This document shows, piece by piece, positions 9,114 to 19,730 of a stretch of DNA of 64,000 nucleotides. Below the pieces are notes generated by a model. That model saw nothing but the letters and a program-made list of their open reading frames with translations, was not told where the DNA came from and did no database searches. The stretch's first letter is position 1; the number at the start of each line of letters is the position of its first letter. This stretch comes from Escherichia phage vB_EcoM_ESCO9, in sequence record OM386654.1, one strand, 5' to 3'. Both the position numbers and the translations under genes were made by a program.

Positions 9114-10999
9114 TATGTAACATTGACTGTAAATCTGACAAGAGGTGATAACACGTCATTATCAGCATCATAGTGTGCAACATCAAACACTGTTGTACCT
9201 GCTGCAAATCCATATTGTTCAACCTGATCTGCATAAGTAAATGTGTAAGTGTTAGTATCCAGGGTTTGTTCTGTAAGAATTGCTGCTGTGAGGACGTTTA
9301 CATTTCGGAAGTAATGTTTAGTATATCCTGCTGGTTCCCAAGAGACAATTGCATCTTGGTTAGCTTGTCTTACAGCGGCTCCTCCTGTTGGAACAGACAT
9401 ATCAACCCAAACAGGTGACGCTGATGTTAAGTCTGTACCGTCTGCTGCCGATTTAGCAAGTTTTGTAGCTGCTGTTTGATATACAGAAGAAATATAATGG
9501 ATACGACCATCAATACCTTCTTCATAAACATAACCACTGTAACGTTCAGCACCATCTACCCAAGAACCAATTATAACATCATCACGTGCTGTAGAGATGG
9601 TTCTTTGTACATTTCTGTACTTCTGCCAATCCACACCATTAACTTCTACACCATATAAATAAGAACGTCCTAGGATCTGCCAAACAATTTTTGCTTGAGA
9701 AGCAGGAACTATTGTACGCATCTTATCAAAGATAGCTATCGTAGCATCATGGTAACGTGTAGTGTTACTGTACCTACCTGCAACAGTCGAAGATGCTGAT
9801 ACAGCATCATTTTCACCTTGTCCCCAAATAATTGCTTTAACCTTACTTGCATAAGGTGTGACTTTAGTGATAAAGTTAGTTAAGCATGGCCCATCTGCTG
9901 TGTTATCCAGATCATACCAGTAGTTGTCTGGTGTTCCTGTTCCGGCTTTATCATCTGCATATTTATCTGCTGCTGATGATCCAGAAGCTGCATTTAACGG
10001 AAGAACTTCAGCATTTGCTAAACCACGTTGCGTAGCATATGCATTACGGGCTGTTGTGCTACTCATTGCTGCTTTATTTGCACCAGATAGTTCTGTAAAG
10101 TGTGCATTTACGTTATCTTGTCCAGCAAAGACAATAACTTCTTTAATGAATGAATCATCTGTAGCTATTGAGCTATTAAAGATAACGGCTGCTGCTTTGG
10201 TGCTCTTAACGCTAATTTTAAGGTATGTTGGAGCAAACCCATAAAGAGGAATAGAGTCAGAGATATCAAAGTAGGCGTAAGTATTTGTGGTTGTTGTAGT
10301 CCACTGGACACTATTATCACTTAAATCTAATACTTCTACAGTATAAGTATCACCATCTAGCGGATCAGTTACATCCCAAGCAACACGAACGTCTCCATAA
10401 CTGTTTGCCACGGCTGTTACATTAGAAATAACAGGAATAGCATTAACACCTAAATAAGAACTATCAGAGGCCACAACTGTTCCTTGATACGTTGCAGTAC
10501 AACCTATACGGCAATTACCATCTTTAAGAGCAGTTATTAATCCTGTAGGGCTTACAGTAGCTACTTCTGGATCTGTTGTGGTGTACGTAATTACCATGTC
10601 TGGAAGATCTTTAGCACCTTCTGGACTGATTGTAGCAACCAACTGTTGAGTAGTGCCTACATCCATAGCTGATAGACTTTCAGTGTACACGCTTAATTCT
10701 GAAGCATAACCACCAGATTGATCAGTTAAGACAGCACCTAAATTATTTTTAGCTGTCATTATTGCATCAAAACCACCTTCGGCAACAAACTCCATCATAC
10801 CACTATTATCTATAACCATTTTGGTATTATCTGAAGATGAAAAAGCTATATCAAATAACGCACCATCTTCCGGTGAAACTGTGTATGTCAGTTGCTTTTT
10901 ACTACCAACTATTGCAATACCAATAGAGGAAGTGGTTATAGATGTAGCTGTTACTACTGAAGCTGATGTTGTTGACATAAATAAAGGAATAGGATACAT
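9113..10999 (-). CDS. virion/tail-fibre protein with Ig-like (Big_2) domains and a SASA/SGNH-type carbohydrate esterase-like domain
   Basis: 628 aa; Big_2-like repeats (ATISPEGAKD..., VATVSPTGLITALKDGNCRI); esterase-like blocks IVFAGQDNVNAHF and IIWGQGENDA. Confidence 0.5.
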   Translation of the reverse strand: MYPIPLFMSTTSASVVTATSITTSSIGIAIVGSKKQLTYTVSPEDGALFDIAFSSSDNTKMVIDNSGMMEFVAEGGFDAIMTAKNNLGAVLTDQSGGYASELSVYTESLSAMDVGTTQQLVATISPEGAKDLPDMVITYTTTDPEVATVSPTGLITALKDGNCRIGCTATYQGTVVASDSSYLGVNAIPVISNVTAVANSYGDVRVAWDVTDPLDGDTYTVEVLDLSDNSVQWTTTTTNTYAYFDISDSIPLYGFAPTYLKISVKSTKAAAVIFNSSIATDDSFIKEVIVFAGQDNVNAHFTELSGANKAAMSSTTARNAYATQRGLANAEVLPLNAASGSSAADKYADDKAGTGTPDNYWYDLDNTADGPCLTNFITKVTPYASKVKAIIWGQGENDAVSASSTVAGRYSNTTRYHDATIAIFDKMRTIVPASQAKIVWQILGRSYLYGVEVNGVDWQKYRNVQRTISTARDDVIIGSWVDGAERYSGYVYEEGIDGRIHYISSVYQTAATKLAKSAADGTDLTSASPVWVDMSVPTGGAAVRQANQDAIVSWEPAGYTKHYFRNVNVLTAAILTEQTLDTNTYTFTYADQVEQYGFAAGTTVFDVAHYDADNDVLSPLVRFTVNVT

Positions 11000-11016
11000 T
11001 TAATCTCCTTAAATAA

Positions 11017-11036
11017 TAAGCCCCCGAAGGGGCTTT
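11017..11036 (-). terminator. terminator-like hairpin (AGCCCC-CGAA-GGGGCT)
   Basis: Perfect stem at 11019-11034; on the minus strand followed by TATTATTT. Confidence 0.35.
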
Positions 11037-11038
11037 GA

Positions 11039-13000
11039 TTATGTGCGTTTAGCAACAATAGCATCTACGTAATCGCCAACACCACAATATGTTAGTTGTA
11101 GTATTGTTACTCCGTTAGGATCTGTATTAATATCACTAGAACCAATTACTTTGTAAGATGGATCTAAAGTAACAGTACGACCTCCAGTGGCATCTTGGAT
11201 AAGATAAACTATTGCAGAGAATGGTTTAGGTTTTGTGCTATCTTCGACACCAGGCCATGCTTTTATAGTAGAGTTACCAGTAAGATTCAACACATTCATG
11301 TTATGTGTTCCTGGAGGTGTCCAGTCACCTGTAACAGAGTTGTTGGTGTATGCTGTAACCTCTATAAAATTAGTTGTTACTTTTGTTGGAACTATATCTT
11401 GACCATCTACAGAACTAGTGAGTTCTTCCCATGCTCCATCTTTACGAGCATAGATCTTACCGTCACTAGGTGCATCTGTGATGCTAGGCAGTGTACCTTG
11501 AGAAGTCCAGGCAGTTGCAGATGTTTTTAAGAACACCTCACCAGTGGAGATATTAAAGGCATAATCACCTTGTTTACCATCACTAGAAATTGGATCTGTT
11601 GTTTTAACAATCCAAGTTGCACCGTCTGTACCGTTAGTACCAGCGTCACCTTTTTCACCCTTATCACCTTTCAAACTACCCATATCTACATATTCAGCAG
11701 TTTGAGTTTGTTCATCATAGGTGTAAATGTAAAGATGACCTGTATCTTCCGTCAGATAAGCATCACCGTAATTGGCTGTAGGAGGAAGTGCACTTGCAGA
11801 CGCAACGTGTCCTTTTGCAGTGATTGGAGTACCAGCTAAACGACCAACATTTGTCCACTGTGTGGCTCCTTGCAACCAAACCCAAAGTTCATTATTGATC
11901 AGATAACCATCACCATCTTCTCCAGTTTGTGGTAGTTCAGAAGTGTCAGTCAGAATATCAATAATTGTCAACCCTGCACCAGTTGGCCCCGTCAAGCCTT
12001 GTATACCCTGCTCACCTTGATCACCCTTGTCTCCCTTATCACCTTTTTCTCCTTTCAGAGAGGCAATATATTCATCAATAGTACCAACGTTACCAGCATT
12101 TAACCAGACTTGATAAGCAGAATCACCAGTGTTACCCTTATCTCCTTTGTCGCCTTTATCTCCTTTTGGCCCCACTATAGCGCCCATATTGATCCATTCT
12201 ACACCGTTTGACACGTATAGATATGTACCAATACTCCATGCTTGAGATGTGTTTCCAGGAGATGCAGAAGGAAGATCTGAAACAGAATTAGCTGCACCTT
12301 GGTAATCAAAACCATTAGCATTATTACCTGGTACACCTTGTGGCCCCTCTGGGCCAGGTTCCCCTTTATCACCTTTAATTGAAGCAAGATAATCTAGTTC
12401 TGTACCTTCATTTCCTGCTGCAAGCCATACTTCATAAGCAGATTTACCTTCTGGCCCCTGTGAGTTTACTTTTCTCCAAGCAGTGCCATCCCAAGCATAC
12501 ATATTCTCGCCTACAATCCATGCGTCACCTGCATTGTTTCCAGTTGTAGGTAATTGGTTGGTATTAGACAGCGTTCCTAATAGCTTTAATGGAGCACCTG
12601 GATCGCCTTTTAAAGAAGCCAACCACTCTGCCTCAGTACCTTGGAAACCATTGTCTACGGCAATCTGGTAAGCTGATTTACCAGCTTCTGGAATGGACTC
12701 TCTAAGATCTTCAATTTCAGCTTCAATAGCATCTAATTCTGATTCTATTTGAGCAATGTCATCTGCATTACCCACATTTTTCCAAGCTGTATCTGAAATC
12801 CCTCCAGTAGATGTAGGAGTAGAGTTAGCAGGTACAACTTTAGGTAGAGAACCTTTCCACTGATAGTAGTTACCGTCAGTTTCAAAGAGCAATGCTTCAC
12901 GAGCATCTCTTAAGGTAAAACCACTTGCAAAACTTCTACGCTTTCTATAGCGAGACTCTACCATGTCTGCAATGGCACTATTTGGACGTGTTAAAATCAC
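11039..13000 (-). CDS. tail fibre protein with collagen-like Gly-X-Y repeats
   Basis: 653 aa; GDKGDKGDKGNTGDS and KGEKGDKGDKGDQGEQGIQGLTGPTGAG; recurring SAYQ(V/I)W...E(Y/W)LASLKG motif. Confidence 0.6.
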   Translation of the reverse strand: MILTRPNSAIADMVESRYRKRRSFASGFTLRDAREALLFETDGNYYQWKGSLPKVVPANSTPTSTGGISDTAWKNVGNADDIAQIESELDAIEAEIEDLRESIPEAGKSAYQIAVDNGFQGTEAEWLASLKGDPGAPLKLLGTLSNTNQLPTTGNNAGDAWIVGENMYAWDGTAWRKVNSQGPEGKSAYEVWLAAGNEGTELDYLASIKGDKGEPGPEGPQGVPGNNANGFDYQGAANSVSDLPSASPGNTSQAWSIGTYLYVSNGVEWINMGAIVGPKGDKGDKGDKGNTGDSAYQVWLNAGNVGTIDEYIASLKGEKGDKGDKGDQGEQGIQGLTGPTGAGLTIIDILTDTSELPQTGEDGDGYLINNELWVWLQGATQWTNVGRLAGTPITAKGHVASASALPPTANYGDAYLTEDTGHLYIYTYDEQTQTAEYVDMGSLKGDKGEKGDAGTNGTDGATWIVKTTDPISSDGKQGDYAFNISTGEVFLKTSATAWTSQGTLPSITDAPSDGKIYARKDGAWEELTSSVDGQDIVPTKVTTNFIEVTAYTNNSVTGDWTPPGTHNMNVLNLTGNSTIKAWPGVEDSTKPKPFSAIVYLIQDATGGRTVTLDPSYKVIGSSDINTDPNGVTILQLTYCGVGDYVDAIVAKRT

Positions 13001-13016
13001 TTTACTACTCCTTTTA

Positions 13017-13040
13017 TAAAGGGGCTTTCGCCCCTTTTTA
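13017..13040. terminator. terminator-like hairpin (GGGGC-TTTC-GCCCC) flanked by A- and T-runs
   Basis: Stem at 13021-13034; same hairpin family as 2601-2616 and 63093-63110. Confidence 0.4.
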
Positions 13041-13041
13041 A

Positions 13042-15456
13042 TTAAGCATTATTGACAGTAACAAAAGTAACAGGGTTCAGAGCTTTAATTTGTGTATTCT
13101 CTGCTGTAGGTGTTACAATTGGATCTGCAATATCTATTGTGTACAAACTATTTGTCACATATGTAGCACGTGCTATAGTTGTCACAAGATCGCCGCCATT
13201 TGCACCTGCACCTGGAATAACAATCTTAGTACCTGCTGCTTTAGCGTAGCCATTACTAGCCCAGTTTAAAGCATTAGACTGTAGATAGGTTTGACCTGTA
13301 ACAGTTGCTTTTATTTTCTCGTTGGCACTAAAGAAAGCACCACCTACTGTAACAACATGTTTTTTACCGCTTGCACAATGAATAACTGTTCCAGTAGGGA
13401 ATTCACGCCCACCTGGGAATTCATCATAAGCTGTAAAATATTGTTCAGAGATAGTAGTTAAAACTGGCCCACGATGACCTGTTCCATCAACAGCAGTTGG
13501 AACACCAAAGTTATTTCCAACCTGATCGCAACGATCCGTGTAGATTTTAGCAAAAGAAACTGTTGTTTCATCTCCGCTAAGTGCTGTACATCCTACCCAC
13601 TTCATATACGTGAATTGGCTGCGAGTATAGAAACCGCCACCACTTCCTTCTCCGCTTCCGTGTTGACCAATAAAGTCAATACTACGGCAACGAATATTAT
13701 TAAAGGTAGAGCTAGATGGTAGCCCACGCCATTTAAAAACATTACAATTGATATTACTAACAATTGTAGAGTTTTCCCAGTCATCTGATCCAGATGTTGC
13801 AATCTCAATTGAAGATTCTGGAATATCCAAATTCTTAATTGTAAAGTTAATTGGTGGCCCCGCATATCTTCCACTGTTAACACCCCAGTCAATAAAGACC
13901 ATGCGTGTTGAAACAGACGGATCATTAAGCAGATAACCAGTTAAACCATCAACTTCAAAATCTTGGCATCCGTATAATGCAACACCACAAGTAGTTAAAC
14001 CTGTACCTGTTGAAACTGCTGTGTTAGGATAAACTTCATTATCACGTATTGTGAAGTTTTTACCCATTTCAACGTGTAAACATTGACGGCAATTGTAAAC
14101 CCTATTCCCAACGATACTGAAATTACGTACATATTGTGAATCAGGAACATCAACACCATATGGGCCACTACCTGCTACACCAATACCAATACCCCAGTTT
14201 GCACCTTGTCCAGAAGCATCTACGTTAGCAATGTGGTTATTCTCGATAATCAAACCTTCAGTGTAGTGTTTTTGAACTACGTTAAGTTCAATAGCATCAC
14301 CTTTAATATCGTGAATATAGTTGTTAGAGTAACGCCCGTAGGTCATTACTTCTCCAGTACCTTGTTGCAGGATCGCATATTTACAACCATACATTTCGTT
14401 GTAACTGAAGTCCAACGTACCTTCACTTGTCATTGCTTGCATTAAGAATGCTGCTGTAGATGTTGCGTTGGAGAAGATATTACGATAGAATCGGCAATCG
14501 CCACCTAACATCTTAACATAACATTTTTCAAAGCGAACGTTTTCCATCCAACAGGACACAGTAGAAATCATTGTTCCACCGTTACCAGTGAATGTACCAC
14601 CATACCAACGAATACCAGACATAGCAATTGAGCTTGTGAATCTATAATTCTTATCTGCACGTACTTGAATGTTATTCGTGTTAGCGAAAGTAATGGTTTT
14701 TAAAATTGCTTGGGTATCATCGGTAACTCCATCACCAATTGCACCAAACTGCTCAGGCGTTACAAAGTATTGAGCTTGTAACAGGTTGCCTCCAGATGGA
14801 AGACCAACCATTGCTGCACCAGTGGTAGATGACAAAAGGTTTTTCTCTACGTAAGAAGTAGAGGCTGTTGTTTTACCAATAAAAGCAAACAATTTGTTAG
14901 GTAGACCAGTAGACGGATCTAAACCTAATGGTTCTGCCAGAATAATTTTACTATCTTTGATAGTAAATGCTTCACCTTGAATCTGAATTACACCGTTAAT
15001 GGTGACAATAGCATTATCAAAGATATAAGGAGGACTGATTTCTGTTTCATATCCTGTAGCACCTTTAAAATACCAAGGATACACATCTGAAGCTAACTGT
15101 TCAGTTTTAAGAGCGTACAGAGTCCAGTTACTATCTCCTACAGGTGTACCCTGCATAGGTACAGGGTTAGCAGTAGTGGCAGATGGGGCATAATAGTATC
15201 CACTCAAGATACCGTTTTCAAAATAACGTAACTGGTTAAATACAGTTTCAGTTGATCCTGCTGACCAAGCAACAGGACTCTTAAAGAAGAAGTTATCAAC
15301 AAGTGCTTTACGCAGTGTAGGTATTAAACCTGTTTCGGTTTCTACAGTTGCTGTAGCATCCCCATTAATAACATCATGCATCTGGTTAGACGAGAATATA
15401 ACCAGATCAACACCTTGTTCTAGTGTCGTAGCAGGATATGTTGGAAAATTCGCCAT
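13042..15456 (-). CDS. tail fibre/tailspike protein, probable right-handed beta-helix
   Basis: 804 aa; repetitive N/G/T/S-rich segments typical of beta-helix tailspikes; in the fibre cluster. Confidence 0.5.
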   Translation of the reverse strand: MANFPTYPATTLEQGVDLVIFSSNQMHDVINGDATATVETETGLIPTLRKALVDNFFFKSPVAWSAGSTETVFNQLRYFENGILSGYYYAPSATTANPVPMQGTPVGDSNWTLYALKTEQLASDVYPWYFKGATGYETEISPPYIFDNAIVTINGVIQIQGEAFTIKDSKIILAEPLGLDPSTGLPNKLFAFIGKTTASTSYVEKNLLSSTTGAAMVGLPSGGNLLQAQYFVTPEQFGAIGDGVTDDTQAILKTITFANTNNIQVRADKNYRFTSSIAMSGIRWYGGTFTGNGGTMISTVSCWMENVRFEKCYVKMLGGDCRFYRNIFSNATSTAAFLMQAMTSEGTLDFSYNEMYGCKYAILQQGTGEVMTYGRYSNNYIHDIKGDAIELNVVQKHYTEGLIIENNHIANVDASGQGANWGIGIGVAGSGPYGVDVPDSQYVRNFSIVGNRVYNCRQCLHVEMGKNFTIRDNEVYPNTAVSTGTGLTTCGVALYGCQDFEVDGLTGYLLNDPSVSTRMVFIDWGVNSGRYAGPPINFTIKNLDIPESSIEIATSGSDDWENSTIVSNINCNVFKWRGLPSSSTFNNIRCRSIDFIGQHGSGEGSGGGFYTRSQFTYMKWVGCTALSGDETTVSFAKIYTDRCDQVGNNFGVPTAVDGTGHRGPVLTTISEQYFTAYDEFPGGREFPTGTVIHCASGKKHVVTVGGAFFSANEKIKATVTGQTYLQSNALNWASNGYAKAAGTKIVIPGAGANGGDLVTTIARATYVTNSLYTIDIADPIVTPTAENTQIKALNPVTFVTVNNA

Positions 15457-15797
15457 TAATTTTTGTCCTTACTTTGTGTGCGCTTCGTAATCTCCTCTAA
15501 CATTAATTGAACAGGAGCATTTTTTAAATCCATTATTTTTTCAATCTTCTGTTCTAAGGCAGTGTTATTTGCCATTAATGTAGAGTTGATCTGGTTAAGC
15601 ATTTGAGCAAGTTCTGCTTTGGTAGCATAAGTGGATTCAACAAACACCAACTTCTTTTCTAGTTCGCGGTATTTGTCTTCCATTTTATCCAAATCACTTG
15701 CCATATCATCTATCTTCTGTTTGAAGACCACCCAGATTACGCCAATAAGAGGGATAATCGCCTCTTTAGCGATATCCCATACTTCTGTTAGCTCCAT
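15456..15797 (-). CDS. hypothetical protein (113 aa), membrane/coiled-coil
   Basis: ORF track; N-terminal hydrophobic segment; ATG overlaps upstream stop. Confidence 0.45.
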   Translation of the reverse strand: MELTEVWDIAKEAIIPLIGVIWVVFKQKIDDMASDLDKMEDKYRELEKKLVFVESTYATKAELAQMLNQINSTLMANNTALEQKIEKIMDLKNAPVQLMLEEITKRTQSKDKN

Positions 15798-15806
15798 ACA
15801 TTGCCC

Positions 15807-16358
15807 CTATTTCTTAGGTCTTGTAGGCCAAGTTATATTAGGTGCATCTTCAACGTTAATTTGAATTAATGTTGCACGATAGAGTTTAACTTTTCCTAAC
15901 CAATCTTTTTGTTCTTCAGATAAACCTTGTAATTCCTCTAAATCTTGAATCGCAGACACTTGATTCGTAGCCCAAGTTAGCTCCTTTTCTAACTTAAGAG
16001 TAGCATCTTCAATAGCAAGATTATTGTGAGGAACAAACTTACCTTCAACATATTGCCAAGAGCCAATATTACTTTCATCTTCTATTTTATCTGGTACATT
16101 ATATGTAACTAAAATAGATTGTCCGGCAGGGAAATAGGTAGTAACATCTTTAGTAGCACCACGTACAATATTATTATCATCTAAGGTAATAAAATAAGCG
16201 TCGGGATATTCTACCATCAAAGTTTTTTGAAGCTGATACCAGTCGTTACCATCTTTGTCTTGCAAAAAACCACCACCAACAGAAAGATAAAGAATATTTT
16301 CTTCTGTTAATTCTGGTTCATACAATTCAAAACCTGTAAAAATAACGTCTTTTTTCAT
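15807..16358 (-). CDS. hypothetical tail-associated protein
   Basis: ORF track; position inside the fibre/baseplate cluster. Confidence 0.45.
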   Translation of the reverse strand: MKKDVIFTGFELYEPELTEENILYLSVGGGFLQDKDGNDWYQLQKTLMVEYPDAYFITLDDNNIVRGATKDVTTYFPAGQSILVTYNVPDKIEDESNIGSWQYVEGKFVPHNNLAIEDATLKLEKELTWATNQVSAIQDLEELQGLSEEQKDWLGKVKLYRATLIQINVEDAPNITWPTRPKK

Positions 16359-16367
16359 AGACTCTCC

Positions 16368-17351
16368 TTACGAAACGTTGGTTACTGTTATCCAGCTACC
16401 ATTAATATAATATTGTAGCGGGGCTGACCAATACCAAGCACCACGAAGTTCTTTCTTGTCACCAAAACCCCAACCTGTGATCACGTGACCAGCATAGAAA
16501 CGAGACTCAGACACACCAGCTTGGATACGTGTTCCAAGACGGATAGCAGACACAACAGAAGAAACTCTATTGTTAATGCTATTAATTTGGCCTTGCAAGT
16601 TACTATTAACGTTGTTAATATTATTTTGCAGTGTGCTTTGCAATGAGTTTAGTCTGGAGTTAAGATAATCTAATCTTACAAGAGCATTACCATTACCAGT
16701 ATCTTGACCAGAATTAGAGCGAGGGTTGTCTATTAAAACATAACCTGCATCATATAAACGGACTGCACAAGATGTTCCTCCAGTCGATGGGTTCATTCTA
16801 TAAATATAGAGTTGACCACCTGCACCTGGTTCAGAGGACATATTACCTACTGTTTGTCCGTTGTAGTTTCTAAAAAATAATGTTGCAGGATCTGTAGCAC
16901 CTGTACCACAAGTGTAAATATCACCTGCATAGATAGCACCACCATTATCACGCTTAACAAGAACATTCCCTACAACTTGGTTTGATGTTGCGTCTGTAAT
17001 GTTAGCTGATAAGTGATTATGGCTGTTATCTACGACTTGAATAGATAATGTTACAGCAGCATTACCATTCCATGTAACTTCACCTGTAGCATCACCTGCC
17101 ATTGTAATTTTAGTACCGACTATAGGAAGATATGTAGTAGGCAATGTTGGGAAGAATTCATCTTGCATATAGCGAATCCAAGACCCAATATTGTTTAAGA
17201 TCCAGTTCATTTCTTCACAAGTCATAATCTGACCAAAGTCCATACCAACATTACGGATGGTTTCTTTTGGTCTAATCTTGTTTGTGTTTCCCGTTCCTGG
17301 GAGGGTTACTGTTTGTGTCGCCCAGTCAGGGTAGTATTGTGGCTTTGCCAT
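16368..17351 (-). CDS. putative tail fibre/baseplate protein
   Basis: 327 aa; N/S/Q-rich heptad-like repeats (NINNVNSNLQGQINSINNRVSS). Confidence 0.4.
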   Translation of the reverse strand: MAKPQYYPDWATQTVTLPGTGNTNKIRPKETIRNVGMDFGQIMTCEEMNWILNNIGSWIRYMQDEFFPTLPTTYLPIVGTKITMAGDATGEVTWNGNAAVTLSIQVVDNSHNHLSANITDATSNQVVGNVLVKRDNGGAIYAGDIYTCGTGATDPATLFFRNYNGQTVGNMSSEPGAGGQLYIYRMNPSTGGTSCAVRLYDAGYVLIDNPRSNSGQDTGNGNALVRLDYLNSRLNSLQSTLQNNINNVNSNLQGQINSINNRVSSVVSAIRLGTRIQAGVSESRFYAGHVITGWGFGDKKELRGAWYWSAPLQYYINGSWITVTNVS

Positions 17352-17364
17352 TAAGAGTAACTCC

Positions 17365-17994
17365 TTATTCTATTTGAGCTATCAGCATAGTCATTCGCCC
17401 TGTATCATCTCCTTCAGCCTCTGTGTAAAGAGAACCTAAACCACCTATACCATGAGGTGGAGTTGTGGCATAATAGGAAGTGAAACCAAAGGCTGCACCA
17501 GCTTTCGCACCTAAGCGATAACTACTTAGGATCGGGAAAACGTTAAGTAACTGTGCTACTGCCTGATCGGATTGTAGACACAAATTATAAAAGAATACGT
17601 CGAATGTTTTATTTAATCCAACGTATGTATTGATCGTTTCTTTTTCTGTTCCTGTAAAACGAGCGAACATATCAATGATATCATCTCGCGTACCAGAAGA
17701 CGCAACACGATAAGCCCTGATTTTTAATATTGTACGATACTCTTCATCTGTAGCACCATTTCTTTCCATCCCCATCTCTTCACCAATAAGATCTAAATAC
17801 TTACCAGTTGCAGTAGAGATTAAGCGGTGTTTGGCAAGATAGATCATTGCCTGATCTATCTTTTGTTTTTCGCTAGAAATGATATAGAGTAGTTTGACAA
17901 TGTTCGGAGAAGATTTAAAATCTTCAATCAGTAGGTCTTTAACATCTTCATTGATACTATCCCACGTTGTCACATGGTCAACACTCACTGCCAT
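17365..17994 (-). CDS. putative baseplate protein
   Basis: ORF track; position only. Confidence 0.4.
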   Translation of the reverse strand: MAVSVDHVTTWDSINEDVKDLLIEDFKSSPNIVKLLYIISSEKQKIDQAMIYLAKHRLISTATGKYLDLIGEEMGMERNGATDEEYRTILKIRAYRVASSGTRDDIIDMFARFTGTEKETINTYVGLNKTFDVFFYNLCLQSDQAVAQLLNVFPILSSYRLGAKAGAAFGFTSYYATTPPHGIGGLGSLYTEAEGDDTGRMTMLIAQIE

Positions 17995-17996
17995 TT

Positions 17997-19484
17997 TTAG
18001 ACTCCGTACTCGTAGGAAATATTATCAAGGTCAAAGGATGGTACAACATTGTACGCTGGAGTGATATCTCCCTCATTATATTTACTGTCATCCTCAGTAT
18101 TAAGTTTAACATAAACACGGAGAGAAGTCAAGCGTCCGAACGCAAGTGCAGAATAAATTACACCTTTTATCTGATCGTTAGTTACTGTTGACCCTAGCTC
18201 AAAATAAGCCTGTAAGTTTGCAAGAGCAGAAACAATATTTTCCCTTTCTGTTGTACTTAGCACACTACCATTGCCAGTTTGATACACCAGTTTAAGTGAA
18301 TATTCAGCATTGTCACCAGGAGAAAAACGAATTACTTCTTGACCGCCATCTTCTGTTACGATAGTAATTGCTGTTGTACCATAGGTTAAGGTGTTAATAG
18401 GCTTAGTATTATAAATAACCTGTGCAACTTCTTCTGCTGTACCACCATACACAATAGTCTGGAATGTCATAGCTGGAGCATGTTCCTGATCATGTAATGT
18501 AGGGTTATCATAAATCTTAACCTTTGTCACACCATCTGTCAGTAGCAGGGCTTTAACAATAGCAGCACGAGTAGCAGCATTAGCTTCATCCATATTATCA
18601 TTGAAACGAGAACGGAATTCTGCATCTGTTTCAACATCTGTACCTGGAGAGAATGGATAGAAGTTACCTGTATCTAAAAAGCCTGTAAACGTTGAAGAAA
18701 TACCTGTGATACTTTCTGTACCTACTGGATTATAACCAACGTCTGAACACGTAACTGGAATTTCACTCCATTTTGTACCAATTGCAATAGATGCGTAAAA
18801 TTTCACTGGTGTTACTAGACCTATTGGGTTAACATTATCTTCTGGATTATAACCCATATAAACATTACTAGCATCATTCCATACTAAAGCACGATCTGTT
18901 GTTGATACGTTAGCTTTAATGAAATTCGTGAGATCTAAAATAAAGTTTGTATTGCTAGGACTTAATGTTTTACTGTTAAGACCACCATCAATAGCACTTT
19001 GAATGTAGAAAGTAATAGAAGTTTCACCAGAAGCTGTTGCGTTTGCTTTAGAAATGGTGTATGCTCCAATCTTAGCATTCAACATTGTTGGTGCACTGAC
19101 ATAATATGTCAAATCGTTATCGGCATTAAAATAAACATCTGTGCTTAGTTCATAAGTCCAAGCTGCCTTATTGTTAGATTTAACATAAGCATAACCACTA
19201 CCAGCAGAAGCAGCTTTACGATAAAAACCTCTTTTAGAGAAGATTTCATCAAGGTAAATACCTTCTGCACCATCTAAGGTTTGGGTATTGTAAACACCTT
19301 GCATACCTTCCCAAAGGGTGTAATCTGTATATGCAATAATACGAAACAGTTGACCAAAGACAGTATCTTCAGATGTAGCTGTATCTGCACCGAAAGTGTT
19401 TTTCAATGCTGTCATATAATTATTTAAAATATCATCAAACGTTGGAATTACAAAACCAGCATCTGTTAAACCATAATCTGCCAT
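17997..19484 (-). CDS. putative baseplate wedge protein
   Basis: 495 aa; position only. Confidence 0.4.
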   Translation of the reverse strand: MADYGLTDAGFVIPTFDDILNNYMTALKNTFGADTATSEDTVFGQLFRIIAYTDYTLWEGMQGVYNTQTLDGAEGIYLDEIFSKRGFYRKAASAGSGYAYVKSNNKAAWTYELSTDVYFNADNDLTYYVSAPTMLNAKIGAYTISKANATASGETSITFYIQSAIDGGLNSKTLSPSNTNFILDLTNFIKANVSTTDRALVWNDASNVYMGYNPEDNVNPIGLVTPVKFYASIAIGTKWSEIPVTCSDVGYNPVGTESITGISSTFTGFLDTGNFYPFSPGTDVETDAEFRSRFNDNMDEANAATRAAIVKALLLTDGVTKVKIYDNPTLHDQEHAPAMTFQTIVYGGTAEEVAQVIYNTKPINTLTYGTTAITIVTEDGGQEVIRFSPGDNAEYSLKLVYQTGNGSVLSTTERENIVSALANLQAYFELGSTVTNDQIKGVIYSALAFGRLTSLRVYVKLNTEDDSKYNEGDITPAYNVVPSFDLDNISYEYGV

Positions 19485-19729
19485 TAGTTATCCTCCTTAT
19501 CAGGGGCAGGTGATCTGCCCCAACGTAAATCTATTAAATTCTTCATTAGTCTGGATGGTGTGATCATAAAAACAAAAGCCCAGCCCATCCATTCAGGAAT
19601 TTCTTTATCAATTCCCAAATAAATAAACATACTGGACATAACAATCATACCAATAGCATTCCAAACTTTAGTAGAACTGACTTTATTATCAGGATATGTA
19701 CAGAACATACCTATTAAAAATTTTCTCAT
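19484..19729 (-). CDS. small membrane protein (81 aa)
   Basis: Two hydrophobic segments; ATG overlaps the stop of the upstream frame (ATGA). Confidence 0.5.
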   Translation of the reverse strand: MRKFLIGMFCTYPDNKVSSTKVWNAIGMIVMSSMFIYLGIDKEIPEWMGWAFVFMITPSRLMKNLIDLRWGRSPAPDKEDN

Positions 19730-19730
19730 G

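Noticed and set aside
9173-13936. Numerous 60-110-aa track ORFs antisense to or nested inside the large fibre genes
   Set aside because: All lie inside long well-supported ORFs on the opposite strand or in alternative frames, lack RBS motifs and have skewed composition; treated as spurious. The same applies to nested ORFs elsewhere in the track.
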